A stretch of DNA of 63,947 nucleotides from Pelomyxa schiedti (GCA_020536535.1 JAHLWZ010000873.1:1-63947), one strand, 5' to 3'; positions 12,047 through 26,043 are shown, counted from the first letter of the stretch. Numbers and translations are program-made. The notes: a model not told the origin generated them from the sequence alone.

Positions 12047-14376
12047 CTGGCTTCGAGGCATCAATACCGAATATTGGGGAACCGGTACACTGTGGATGAA
12101 GTGCCTCTGGGGTACTCTATTCTCCCTCCTTCTTTATGGATAGTAAGTCATGTGTAAACAAAGAGTGAACAACAATAAAAATTAAAAAAAAAACCCAAGA
12201 GGTGCTTAAGTCTCTCCTTTAACATTGCAAACAGGCGGGGCACATTCTCTGTGGTGTACAGGGGTAGGGATGCAAGGGGCACTGCTGTGGCTATAAAAGG
12301 CAGGTTGTTGGTTGGAGTTTTACTTGTGTTGTAATGTTATAAGACTGTTAGTAGAGTCCTTTCCCTGATACAAAAAAATGTAGCCGTGGACACAAGCCGA
12401 GCTAATTCTGAGCTAATTGAGCAGTTAGACAGTGAAATTGCTGTCATGCTCGCAGTGGAGCATACCAACATAGTAAGATTGTATGACTTTTATACGGTAC
12501 ACTTTCAATTAGACCAAAAACACCCAGTAATGGGACTATATTCTTGCCAGGAAAGCCACTTTTTGTACCTTGTGATGGAATTTTGTGATTCTGGGGATCT
12601 GGCTGGGCAGATGAAAGGTGGACCCTTGGCTGAGGGAAGAGCACAGTATTTCATGAAGCAACTGGGTATCTTTTCATTTCAAACTCAAAGAAGAGTGCAA
12701 AGCAGCTACTAAAATTAATGCGTCAAAAATTCACTAATCAATCACGTTAGCATCGGGTCTGAAGGCACTATGTGCACACAACATTATTCACAGAGATTTG
12801 AAGGTTCCTCTTATACCCATGTTCCCTAACGTGACTTCTTTTTGAATAGCCAGCCAATTTACTTCTAAGTCGGCAGCAAGATCAATTGATTCTAAAAATT
12901 GCTGATTTTGGTCTGTTTTTGTTATTTTATCTCAGTGCTTAATTTTAGTCAGGTTTTGCCAATTTTATTGAGAATCAAAATACTGTACAGAATACTTACT
13001 GTGGTAGTCCTCTGTATATGGTAAGTCTCCTTTGCTGGTTTTGGTTTCTCAGAGGTCTTTTACCAGGCTCCAGAGGTTCTCGAAGCAAATTCCTATAATT
13101 CCTCTGCCGACCTGTGGTCTGCAGGTACCCTGTAGATTTCGTTCATTATTTTCATTGCTTATTAAGGTGTCATTTTATACGAGGTTTCAACCACCGTAGA
13201 TTGGTGGGAAATACCATTTTATCGTAGTCACTTACCTTTAGATGGTTTCTGGGAAAACTCCCTTCAACGCAAGAACTATTCCAGGCCTCATACAGGCCAT
13301 GAACAATGCCATAATATTTTACCCACTGGGGTTGTCTCAGCTATGTTGCTCATTAATAGCTTCCCTCTTAAAAGTACACAATCAACCTGCACGCACGTGT
13401 TTCACATTTTTCCTAGAAGGACCCTAGACAAAGGATGTCTTGGACGAATTTCTTTTCACACCCATGGCTTGGTGATTACGTACCTAAGACTTCACCAGTT
13501 ACCGTACCTTCTCCAATCAACCAACCCATCAGCCTCCCAAAAGTTATTTCTTATATGAATTCTGCTCCACCAACTCCAGCCATACCAACTCTCCTTACAT
13601 CAGCAATACCACCTCCCCCTAACCTTCCATATCCGCACCCCGCAGTGTCACCTCCGCAACTTTCGCCTCCTTTGGTCACTCCTCCTCAGTATCTTCCTCA
13701 CCCCACAATCCTACCTCAATACCGCGTTCCAAATCAGGTCACCTCTCCACCTCTGCCAAAACCTGGGGTAGGCACTTCACCTTCAACTACAAGCATTCCA
13801 CCACACTATTCAATTCCGCCACACCCCCAAATAACGCAGTTAATCATGCAGCCACCACATGGTATTCCCAGTCATTTGCCGGCACAAACTGCCAACACTT
13901 GTATATATACCCCACAACAAGGCTCTTCAGTGGCACCCTCACAATCCTTACCACAACACTATCCCGGACCCGGTTGGTATCCTAGCGTCATACCACCAAT
14001 CCCCAACCACAACACTAACCCAACCATCCCCAACAACTCTCAACAACAATACCCACCCCCTTCCATGTGTGCTCCTCCTCAACCTCAACCTCAACTGCAA
14101 CCACAACCACAGCCTAGACCTGTCTATAACTATATCAATGCAATTAACCAACAACAACCAGCCTCACCACCACCAAGTTACTCGTCCCTTATCACACACC
14201 CTACCTACACCCAGCACCCACAACAATTTTCTCAAACAATTCCCCAACAAACTCCAACTACAGCACATAGCCCACAACAAACTCAAAATCCCACAAATAA
14301 CATTACCAGCACTACACCACCACTTCTTCTGTTGGATTTCAATCCAAGTCCAAATGCCACGAAACTATCCTCATAA
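12047..14376 (+). CDS. Atg1/ULK-like Ser/Thr kinase with Pro/Gln-rich C-terminus (start codon unresolved)
   Basis: LG|RGTFSVVY, VAIK, HTNIVRLYD, LYLVMEFCDSGDL, IIHRDLK|PANLLL, LKIADF|GFA, TYCGSPLYM|APE, ADLWSAG, RMSWTNFFSHPW (ULK-type). No in-frame ATG found upstream. Confidence 0.85.
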
Positions 14377-14423
14377 AAAAATTTTGGAATACTATGTGTA
14401 GCCAATTGGTTACACAGATGACA

Positions 14424-17418
14424 TTACGTTTTTTTGGTGGTCGTGGTTGTGGTTGTCGACTTCTTTTTTTTGGATTCAGTTTTGTTGATGCCGCTGTGTT
14501 TGTGGGCATCCTTCCTGCTCATCTTGCTGTGGTCACGGCAGCCCTTTCCGCCCTTTGGGAATGGATGTGAGTGGTTTTGTAAGAGTGGGTAAAAGTTACC
14601 TCCCAGAAGGAACCTCCCTTGCCGGAAAAATCGCTTGAGCACTTTGAACATTTGGTGTTTGAAGCTGTTTGTTCTGAACTACAGAATCCACATATCACAC
14701 GTGAGGCCCACTGTTGTTTCGTTAGGCTACTTGGAAATGAATGGAAATTGAGTACCTCCGCAACGTGATCGGAGTGTGTGTCATGGCATTGGTCACACGG
14801 CCAAGCTCTACCACAACATGGGAAGCGAAACCACCTGAAACTGTGCCCATAGTGCTTGCATGTTCCCTGAAAAGAAATTTCCAATCAGCAAATTAACACG
14901 TAGAGTGGAAATGTACAGTTTCTGGAAGTGGGCTCCCCAACTTAATGGCAGCCGCTTCCCTTGGATCCCGTGGTGCCTTTTTACGCACTACAATTGGAGC
15001 CTCAGGTGCAGCTTTTATTTTGGTGAATGTCACCCTGAAAACAGTTAGTTTCACTGTTTTTATTGCTTAAACTGGAAAATACCGGTCAATAGTAAAAGAA
15101 AGGTGTGCAAAACATTTACGACAAACTTCAGTGGCGCTTATCCCAAAAGGCTTATTCTTAAATAGAACTTCTTCAGTGCAACCCAGGCACACTGCAGAAA
15201 AAATACTACTCTGGTGCACTTCCAGGGGAGAACACACCTTACATACAGGTCATTGCGTTTGTTTGATAAGTTACTATACCTCGTTATCAATGTATCCAAT
15301 AACAGATGAGGATTCATGCACTGGTTCAGGTCGAAACAGGACATGAATTTCACAATGGCACTTTGAACACTCAACTGAATAAATTCAGCCGAATGAGGAA
15401 ATAGCAGCCTGGCAACATACTTGTCACTTTTTTAGATGGTCGTGCTCGGAGTTCAGCTTGTTGCCGGCACCGTGAACACAACACAACAAGTGCCAACTCT
15501 ACACACGACATAATGCCTATGCCACTATTTGCTTGTGGTGAGAAACATAAAATAGGTGTAGATCCACCTTAAAATCAGCTGGGGGATCTTGAGTTGGGTC
15601 CCTCTGTGAGCAGTAGCACTAGAGAAAGTTCCTTGAATTGGTGCTGGTGCTTCCTGTTCTTCCGCCGATTCACTATCGGATTCCACATTTTCCTCTTCAG
15701 AATCAGATGCCACTGGTGGTGGGCTTTGCCTAAGATATTATTCAGTCAAGACGGTATCAAGATTGAAGGTATCAACTTACTGTGGAGGAGGTTTGGGTGC
15801 AAATTCGGCTGGAGGTTTTGCAAGAGGCTTGTTTGTGGGTACAATTACTTGGATACCATGTTTGAAATCCTTTTCTGAATTTAGACCGTACTAAAAAGGG
15901 AAATAATGCAAACATTTGTGATAACTTTGTCAACCATAAGTTTTTCTAAATTAGCCAGCATCCACCGTAATAGTCCTTGGATCATCACTGGCTTTCCTGA
16001 GTATGCTTGCTTTGCTCTTCTCACAACTGCATCAGTGATGTTCCTTTGAACAAATGAGTTGACAACAACAATAAACTCTTCCTTCTACCTGCCAACTTTT
16101 AGAGGTATATTGGAGTTGAGGAGATGAAATAAACAAGGGTCATTTGGGTAGCTCGTTGGCAGCTCAACACGCACAATCAATTTGTTGCCGTCAATATCAA
16201 AGGGGAAATCAGAGGGAAGAGGAAGGGCAAAGACCAGTTTCACAGGAGGAGAGAGACTGCAGGGAATCAATGGACAAAAGGTCAAATATGTTAAGTACCA
16301 TTCTATTTTGCAGTTTTCCCTGTATTGTTTAACAAGATCTGCAATTTCTCCTTCCCAAGGGTATTTTTCCTGTTACTTTGGTGAACAGAGGACTTCAAAG
16401 AAAGAGGAACTTACAACAACAGCTTTGGGTTTGAGAATACTAGCAAATTCCTGGTTGGTTGGGGGCCGAGTAGTGGCTAATACTGCAAGCCCACCCACAA
16501 GGGAACCGTTCATATTTTGTGCTACAATTTCTGCGTCATCCGGTTTTTCAGTGCAGATGATAGCACAACCAGTGCTTTTTCCACTTTTAGTCCCAATAAT
16601 CCTCACTTCTGTCCTTGGTACAGTAGGTGAGTATTTACTCACTGCAGGCGATATTATCTTCACTGTTTATTTTACAGATTGGGGAAAGAGAGTTCTTACG
16701 GTATAATATGGGTTGTTTTGATAACAGTTGCAACAAATTCACTTTCTGTCAGAGTCCTGGGAAGCCCAATAAAGAACACCATGTGCCTTTGAGCAGCTGT
16801 TTCCACTGGAGATGAACTAGCGCCCCCACTAGCTGAACATGAAGAGCCGTTAATGTCAGGAACCACAGTACCCTCTGTGGGAGTAGAGTGCGTTGAGGTT
16901 ATTGTTGCTTGATTTGATTCAGTTGGTGTAGTTGTAGAGGACGATTCGTTCACCCCTTGAGGGGCTGGAACCGTTGGCGTAGGGTGAGACTTATAAGTTA
17001 TAAACGTGTTGAGCTTGGGCTTCGGATTTGAGCTTAGTGGATTGTTGATGACAGCAGAAGCTTGTGGCACAAACACTGCCGCGTGTGGGGACATAGTTGA
17101 AGTGGGGGGTAGCGTCCGAGGTTGGGGCTGGCACTGCATTGGAGCAGGGGAGTGGCAGGAGCCAACATTCGGACCGACTCTAGGGGTTGGAGACACGGGC
17201 ATCATGTTGGGCCAAGAAGAGACAGGGGAAGCGTAAGTGGGGTTAGCTGCTGGCTGAGTGTTGAACGAGCACTGATACTGCGGATAGTAGTAAGGCGTCG
17301 CAGTTGGCTGCGCGTACGACGCGGGAAACGGCTGGTATTGCTGGGCAACATTATTACCATACGTGACTGCATATGGGGAGTAGAAAGGGGTTGCCGAAGG
17401 AAAGTTGGCCTGCTGCAT
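14424..17418 (-). CDS. PAM2-like motif, RRM, RWD-like domain and CHY zinc finger protein
   Basis: MSPHAAVFVP (PAM2-like); VFFIGLPRTLTESEF..KSTGCAII..AQNMNG (RRM); PSDFPFDI..VELPTSYPNDP (RWD/UBC-like); GTCKHYGHSFRWFRFPCCGRAWPCDQCHD..VICGFCSSEQ..KCSKC..GGKGCRD (CHY). Confidence 0.75.
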
Positions 17419-17751
17419 CCCCTTGCGTGATTTATTTGTTTTTTGATGAAAGCTGAGGAGGGGGCCCAATTTCTGTCTTTGCGGAAGTAGTTGGCCGGCG
17501 GAGTTGTCATTCTGTGTTCGGTGTGGAATTCTCTTGGCTTTGGCAGCTGGGACTGGGGTGATAGAATAAAGGAATCATCGAGAGTTCTATCCGAAGGAGA
17601 TGTTTCTTCAAAAATCAATTGCAATGTTTTCCCCTTTGTTCACATCTATTTTTCAAGAAGTTGTTGGTGCTACGCCACCGAAGGTTCACTGTGCATACCA
17701 AGGCAACACCGGATCTACGACACTACAACACCACACCGCTGTAGTTGTGAC

Positions 17752-18459
17752 ATGGGGAACTTCATCGTAACCATACTGATGGAATCGCCGTACTTGTGGG
17801 CGTGCACGGGGTTGGCCTTGTGCATTGGCCTTTCGGTTGTTGGTTCTTCTTGGTATGGTTGTTTCTCGTTTTTGCGCCGTTTTTTCACACGCGTTTTTGA
17901 AGGGGTATTTGGACAATCGGCACGGCTACCTTGGGTGTATCTATTCACAAAGGCAGATTAGAAACTCGTAATTTGGTTAGGTGGGTCTTTTTTTTTAATT
18001 TTTCATTTCTTGTGATTTATCCATGGTTTGAGTTTTACTGCAAGTAGTAACCTTTGTTACCAGTATACTGTTTTGTGAAGCTCTATCCATTTACGGCATT
18101 ATCGTATCTATCATCATGACCACAAAAGCACAAACCCAAGCATGTTGGCCAATTGCTGCCAACGACTACATGGCTGGTTACCAAATGTTTTCAGCCGGTC
18201 TTATCACTGGCTTCTGCAATATGCTTGCTGGGTAAGTTTTATCTACTACAATACACAGCCACACTTCCTTTTCCACTTACGACACACAAGATTTACACTG
18301 GGAATTGTGGGCAAAGGCATAGCCGTCTCCACAGCGGCTGTTGCCACTCTGTTTGTGAAGTTGTTGATTGTCTTGATTTTTGGCGAAGTCCTTGGATTGT
18401 ATGGCATGATTGTGTCACTTATTGAGACAGGCAATGCCTCGTTTACCTCATGTGCGTGA
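17752..18459 (+). CDS. VMA16: V-type H+-ATPase proteolipid subunit c'' (Vma16/ATP6V0B-like), 4 exons
   Basis: SPYLWACTGLALCIGLSVVGSSWGIW..RNLVSILFCEALSIYG matches Vma16; the last helix FVKLLIVLIFGEVLGLYG is subunit-c-like. Confidence 0.9.
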
Positions 18460-18498
18460 ATAAAAAAAACACCAGTGGAAAAATAAGATTCTTCCTCT

Positions 18499-21400
18499 TC
18501 AAAACACAACAACCGTTTGGAACTGTAGAGGTACATTAACAGGGAACACCAGCATAGTCCCATTCACATTTGCTTGTACATCTAATTTGCGAAATCACCT
18601 TACTGAAATAAGATAACTACATACAATATTCAAAGTCCGAAGGGGTCGCTGCCGTGGGAAGTTGTACAGTGTACACTTGTCTTCCCTGACTCACAAGGGA
18701 CATAGCGTATTCCAGGAAACTTTCTGGAATGTGTTTGAGTGGTATTTATGGTGAATTGAAAAAACAAACCATCCTCCCCGAGAAGCCGCATGAAGAGTGA
18801 AAGTTCAGGAGGCGTGACTTGTGGGGCACTTAGTACCATGGCACTCAGTTCAAATTGTTCTGTAGCAAGCATGGTGTCACGTGGGGTTGGTATAATCAGC
18901 CGAGGAGTGCTGCCAAGATATGTGGAAGACGGTACTGCATCGGGTGGAAGATCGGAATACGAAGCATTACACGAATTTATGTAGATACTGTTCCTCCAAG
19001 CTGAGCCACACATTTCACTCTGGTCACCACCGCATGGCATATCTTCATAACAATGCTAAGAGATGAGATGGAAAGATGGAATTTACTGCACTCAGAGTCA
19101 TCAACGCGGCCGTATTCGCCAAAAGAGTCACCACAGAAGCAGTAAGTGGAATATTGAAGACCATAATACTTGTAGGGGGGTGACCGTAGGATTGCGCATG
19201 CATATGAACACATCAAAACGGTCATGGAAGCGTCTGAGAAACTATATCCATCAAGGTCACGATCGGAGGAGTCAATATAGCAACCCAGATACTCACTAAA
19301 GAAAGAATAAGAAGAATGACATGGAAGAAAAAATTTCACCTTGGTGAGGGTTCAGAACAACCACTGAGGATTCCAGCAAGTATGGCACCAGGAGCACCAA
19401 TTGCTAACGGTGTGTTATGCTGCTCCATGTTCTATAATAAGGATTTAATAAATAAATAGACAAAAAGATGATGTAAGGGAACCATGATAGTACCCAGCTC
19501 TCCTGTGCTGGTGACAGTTGCTTGAAGATTCGTCATCATACTGTTCCATAAGCCTACCATTTCCACCCGAATTGGTAGTGCGGTGTCAATTGCCACTTGT
19601 TTTCTTATGTCTGGGTTGTCAATTGCCAGAACAAGGTTTAATGCTGCCTCAAGTTGTGCCCAGGCACATTCAACGTGGGCCATATCACGCATGTAGTAAA
19701 AACTATTAAGCCAGTAATCGAAATTATCCAAATAAACTATGTCCTGAAATGTCCCATTACTTGAGGAACAAGTAAGGGAGATGGAAGTCACTGTAATCTG
19801 CTCTCTTAGGGCCGTTAGCTTATCAACAAAGTCGTATTCTTGGGCTACTCTATCCCATAACTCAGAGTTTGGCACCATTCCACCCGGCCCGTTGGTCCAA
19901 GTTGCCGGAGTTGGCAGATCTAATTGGCACTTAGCCTTAAAAGCAAAGGGAAACTTAACTCACTGAAGCTGTCAATCGACTCAAAAATTGAGGCAATGCT
20001 TGGTCCTGCATCGGGGCCAAACTGACTTACAGACCAATCATTCCAAAACATTTCTGGTGTGAGAGAGGTATCCCAAGTAACTTGTGAAAGTGCACTGATC
20101 GTGGGACTTGTAGCTACCGTTCTCCACATTATTCCAGGAAGACCCTCGCACCCATATGACAAAGCATCTTTTGCGTGTTCAATAGTTCTTCTCGATTTGA
20201 GTTCTTTCGTGGTAAAATGAAGATAAACCTTGATACCCATAGCTGTGGAGCAGTAAGTGAGGGGTCATCTTCCATCCAAGGGATATCCCATTTTCTATGG
20301 TTTTTCACATCTGCATAAGCGGGATCTACAGCACTTTTTCCAACCTGTTGATCAATGGAACTCAAAATGTATTCCGAAGGAAGAACATCATCGAAGTAAG
20401 CTCTGCCACGACACAGTCAAAATTCCAAAATAAAAGAAAGAAGGAACCTGTTTGGTGAGGGTCCTAAAACCCATCCACATGTAGCCAGTTGGAAGGTGGC
20501 ATTGACAAGATTCCTTGCAGTAAAAGCATCGTTCATATCTTGTACTGCCTGCTGTACAATTGTATCATTTTGTTGATAACTGAGAAGGTTCAGAAAACCA
20601 ACTAGCAATTATTGCTTACTTGGACCATTCCCAATCTTCACTTGTCCACACCCAGTAATAGTCAATATCATATGTCTTACTTATTCTGTCAAATATTCCA
20701 GAATAATATGTGACAGAATCGATAGACTGATCTGGTTTTGCCAGTGGAGTTTCGGTTCCGACACAAGTTTTGAGTTGTAAGGCATGAGCATAGGCAAACG
20801 ACTGGCTGAGTAAGTTTCCAGCACTATTAAAGACGGTATTATCATCCGCATTGGTTGTTGGAACTGGGCAAAAAGCACCAGTATTGATGTTGGAAAGGCC
20901 TTGTGTGCAATCACTGGAGTAGAGGAGTGCACTGCCATAACTGAAAACGGGAGAGTCACACCAACTACCCGGAAATTGTTGAACTACACACTAATAATTG
21001 CTTGTTGTTTTGGGTAAATAACCCCAATCTCCACGCAAGGAAGTCATGTATGAGGTGGGATATGATACCTTCACATAATTAAAATGAGAAAGTTTGAGGG
21101 TTGTACTTTACCTTTACAGTCCCATCAGAATTGAAATCACTATCAGTACCAACCCATACAGTTGGTTCATAAAGTGGGTAGGTATGTAGTCCTATAAAAT
21201 TCATTTTCATCTTGGATATTTGGGTTGCATGGTGGTTGTACTCCTGGAAAAAACGAAGTTTTGAGTCAAAAAAAGCAGCAGGAGGATGAAACCTGCACAC
21301 CCCACCAGTCTGGTCCCTCAGGAAAATCATGAAACGGTTGCAGACCGCGAACATCAAAATCGGGTGAGAGATATACTTTGTCAAACAAGGGAATTTCCAA

Positions 21401-22133
21401 TTGTCTTTGAATTGGAATAACATCTTGAAGCCAAATGAATATCAACGCATTAGAAAAGTAATATAAAGCGTACCCCTATGAATGTCAAAATGGACTCCCA
21501 AATATTCAATAAAAGTATATGCAGCATATAATGTACCAGTGTACCCAAGGCCAAGTCCAACTGTTATATCTGCTGTCTGTTTTTGTTTTAGATGAGGGTT
21601 TGGTTTAATTCCCTGACATTAAGGTATGCCTCAATTTACATTTCAAACAAGAAACCAAGTTAAACCAAAATCTTATCTTCTCCTATCTTCGACTTTCTTA
21701 CCTTTCCAGAACTGCCCAGAGAAGGAAAATGGCACGTGTGCAAAATATGCTGCCCACGATCTTCCCGCCCACCCGCATTCAGTGTGTCAAACACCCCGTC
21801 CCTCACGCAGCATTCCTCCACGCGTGCTGCAAGCCTGCCTCCGCGCCCGTGGATCCCTGACTCCGTTGTGAACCACACCCCGCCGCCATCCAGCAGGTCC
21901 TCCGGCGTGGAAATATCCGGCAGTGTGCCTGTGGCGGGACGTGTCAATTGTGATCCACTACCAACAACAAGGAAGTGTCCTCTACCTGATGAGGCGTAGA
22001 TGTACCTCCGTATCTGCTTCGCTGCCAACGAATGGTCCTTGTCATGCAAGATGATCACTTGTTCAGGCAATGCCGCAGACACGCAGTAGCATAAGGCAAA
22101 GCACAAAACCGCAACGACCCTTCGGTAACACAT
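18499..22133 (-). CDS. Secreted glycoside-hydrolase-like protein with a WSC domain
   Basis: Signal peptide MCYRRVVAVLCFALCYCVSA; QPFHDFPEGPDWW, KMKMNFIGLHTYPLYEPTVWVG, QLATCGWVLGP, WDIPWMEDDP, GIMWRT; WSC domain YLGCYIDSSDRDL..CSYAC..YYGLQYSTYCFCG..C..PCGGDQSEMCG. Exact GH family not assigned. Confidence 0.65.
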
Positions 22134-22327
22134 AGATCGATCGATTTACTAGAAAAGCGAGGAGATACGAGATAAGAAAAAGAAGCCTTTTGTTTGTAGT
22201 GTTGAGAAACACTTCAATTACTGGTTTTCTTTACACAACAGTGTGGCGTTGCCTTGGGGAACAATGTACAGGGCAACAGCGCATCCACACTAACTACTAC
22301 GCGTTCGTCTTGATGAGGCAGCCGCAA

Positions 22328-22750
<423 letters not shown>

Positions 22751-22976
22751 CTTCTGGTTCTTGTTGTGGTAATTGCTTGTCGCGCACGTGCGGCTCGGTA
22801 GTGTTGTGTTTTTTTTTTTAATTTGTAATTTAATATTTTTTTTGTTTTCTTGTTTTTAAAGCGGGGACATTAATGCAACAAAATTAAAAAACTGCTCTCT
22901 CATTGGTCAGATTTCGGGCACCAATCCGAAGAAACAAAAACAAAAAAAACCCCGTACTCTTTCGTGGCTGTGCAAG

Positions 22977-24470
22977 ATGCATCGCTTGTTTGTTGGGTCG
23001 TGTGTGCGTGGAAGATCTCCTGTTGTTGGTGGGGGCCTAGATCTGTCTGAGGGCATGTGTGTCAGTGTTGACATTAACGGCACAATATCGTCTGTTAGCG
23101 CGGAGAGCGATTTGATCGAGAACGACGACATCGTCGGCGCTGCTCTGCGTAACAGCGCGTCGTGCGGCGGCGTTTCTTGCCACGAGGGTGTGGAAGTGCA
23201 CAGGCTGAGAGACTGCGAGTTTTTGATGCCGGGAATGATAGACCTGCACATACACGCCCCTCAGTACGCTTTTTGTGGCTGCGGGGTGGGATTGCCGCTT
23301 ATAAACGATTGGCTGCCTCGATTCGCGTATGCTACTGAAATGAAAGTTGCTAGGGATGCTACTTTTCGGGATGCCGTCTACAACGGCGTGGTTTCCTCTT
23401 GCTTGGCACACGGTACCACACTAGCACAGTACTTTGCAACAACGGACGTGAGCAGCACTACAACATTGTCGAGGATTGCGTGCAACCGTGGGCAGAGGGC
23501 AATTATTGGTGTGGTGAGTATGGATCAGCTGGGTCCTCCTGGTTACATATCCGAAACAACTGAGGGGTCCTTGCAGGATGCCCAGGTTTCTTGGTGAACT
23601 TCATGCGAGAAACATTAAGTTCATATCATTCTCCCTTTTTTCTTACTATTTCTAGATGTTCCTGAATGAGTTCGACCTTTCATCACCGAGGAACCTTGTT
23701 ATTCCTGCCGTTACACCCAGGTTTGTTCCGTCGTGTACATCGGAACTACTGCGTGGACTTGGGTCACTAGCAGCGCGGTACAACACCCCTCCAATTCATG
23801 TGCAAACGCACGCCGTCGAGAGCATAGACGAAGTGGCCTACGTGGAGAAACTATTGCATGACCGCGACATTTCCCTCCTCATGCAAGCCGGACTTTTACG
23901 AAAACCCTGCACTCTAGCACACTGTGTGCACCTGCAACCCAATGAAGTCAGAATGTTGGCCACCACTGGCGCGGCGGTCGCGCACTGCCCCCTATCCAAC
24001 TGGTACTTTGCCGGCGGAGTACTGGATGTGCTGCACCTACTCAGCAATGGTGTCAATGTTGGACTGGGCACAGATGTTGCCGGAGGCTACAATCCCTCGA
24101 TGCTGTCAGCAGTGCGCTCCGCAGTTATTGCCAGTGGTGGGAGAATAGACATTGGCGGGGCCCTGTGGCTAGCAACTGAAGGCGGGGCCAGGTCACTGGG
24201 CATGGATGACACACTAGGCTCTCTGCAGGCAGGAAAGCAGTTTGATGCCATTGTGGCCTCTGTGGTGCCCAACACCGGGCAACGAACCGGGGCCATTGAA
24301 GTGTTCTCTGGCTATGACACTAGGCTGGACTTGGTGAATAAGTTCCTGCACCTGGCAGACGATCGTCACATCAAAGAGGTGTGGGTTGATGGAAACAAGG
24401 TCTCTTTCTGTTCCCCACTCTTTTCGAAATTTGCGGCCAATAGGAGGAGCGATTGCGAAACGGAAAGTAG
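22977..24470 (+). CDS. guaD: Guanine deaminase (amidohydrolase superfamily)
   Basis: PGMIDLHIHAPQY, GTTLAQYFAT, VTPRFVPSCT, HVQTHAVES, LAHCVHL, HCPLSN, GLGTDVAGG, GKQFDAI, DDRHIKEVWVDG; two short introns. Confidence 0.92.
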
Positions 24471-24604
24471 AAATTTCGAAGAGATCGAGCTATTTAACCG
24501 ACAAAAAAACAAGAAGACAAAAACAATAAAAAAACAACTAGGAACCAATCAAAGAGATCTGTTAGTGCGTATTTGCGACACGACACTACCACAAGAAGAA
24601 GAAG

Positions 24605-25021
<417 letters not shown>

Positions 25022-25254
25022 TTCACTGTACCTTGACGAGTTCTTGATGAGGCCAAATCAAAATTTTGCCACTCTCAAATACAACAACTCACTCTCCCTG
25101 CTGTATTTTTTCTTTGTTAAAAAAAAGAACCACCACACGCATAACATGCCTCTGAGAGGCATGAGGATCCTCATCTCTTGTTGTTCAGATGCTTAGGCAA
25201 ATTTGAAAATCCATCGATCAGAAAAGAAAAAAAAACCAAGGAACAAACAACAAC

Positions 25255-26043
25255 ATGACGGCTGCGGCTGAAACTGCGAAGGTAATACCTACAACCGACG
25301 TCGCCAAACGCGTTTGTTTTACGAGTGCACTCAAGTTGGTGTAAAAGCTCGACCTCACCGAGGACCAAATTGCCGAATTTAAAGAAGCGTTTTCCTTGTT
25401 CGATCGCGATGGCGACGGCAACATCACTAGTGCTGAGTTGGGTACCGTGATGCGTTCCTTAGGTAATCTTCTTTTTTCTTTATATTTCCTGAAATAATGT
25501 ATGCGTTCAGGTCAAAACCCTACTGACGCTGAACTTCAACAAATGATCCGTGATGTTGATGCAAGTACACATTTCCTGCTAATCCTCCTCCCTCTTTCAT
25601 TTAGTTATGCACAACAAAATTAACAAAACAATCCACACGAACGATAGACGGCAACAACCAAATCGATTTTACTGAATTCCTTACGATGATGTCCAAAAAA
25701 ATGAAGGACGAAGACAGTGAAGACGAAATCCGAGAGGCTTTCAAGGTTTGGGTTCTTTCAAACTTGAAGAAACACAAAACTTTAATTTTCAGGTATTTGA
25801 CAAGGATAACAACGGTTTTATTTCCGCGGCGGAACTCCGCCATGTTTGTTTCCCCTATACTATTTATATTTACGTTCCCTTACTTCTTTTGTTTTCCCCT
25901 CCCTCTCGTTTCAACAGGTGATGACAAACCTCGGTGAGAAGCTATCAGAGGCAGAGTGTGACGAAATGATAAAGGAAGCTGATGTTGATGGTGACGGGCA
26001 AATCAACTACGAGGAGTTCGTTAAGATGATGCTTTCAAAGTAA
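25255..26043 (+). CDS. CAM: Calmodulin (5 introns)
   Basis: [122 protein letters not shown]. Confidence 0.97.

Noticed and set aside
25561-25648. Possible non-canonical intron in calmodulin (GCAAGT donor)
   Set aside because: A canonical GT..AG splice (GCA A|GTACAC..ATAG|AC) keeps the frame and gives DVDANGNNQIDF.
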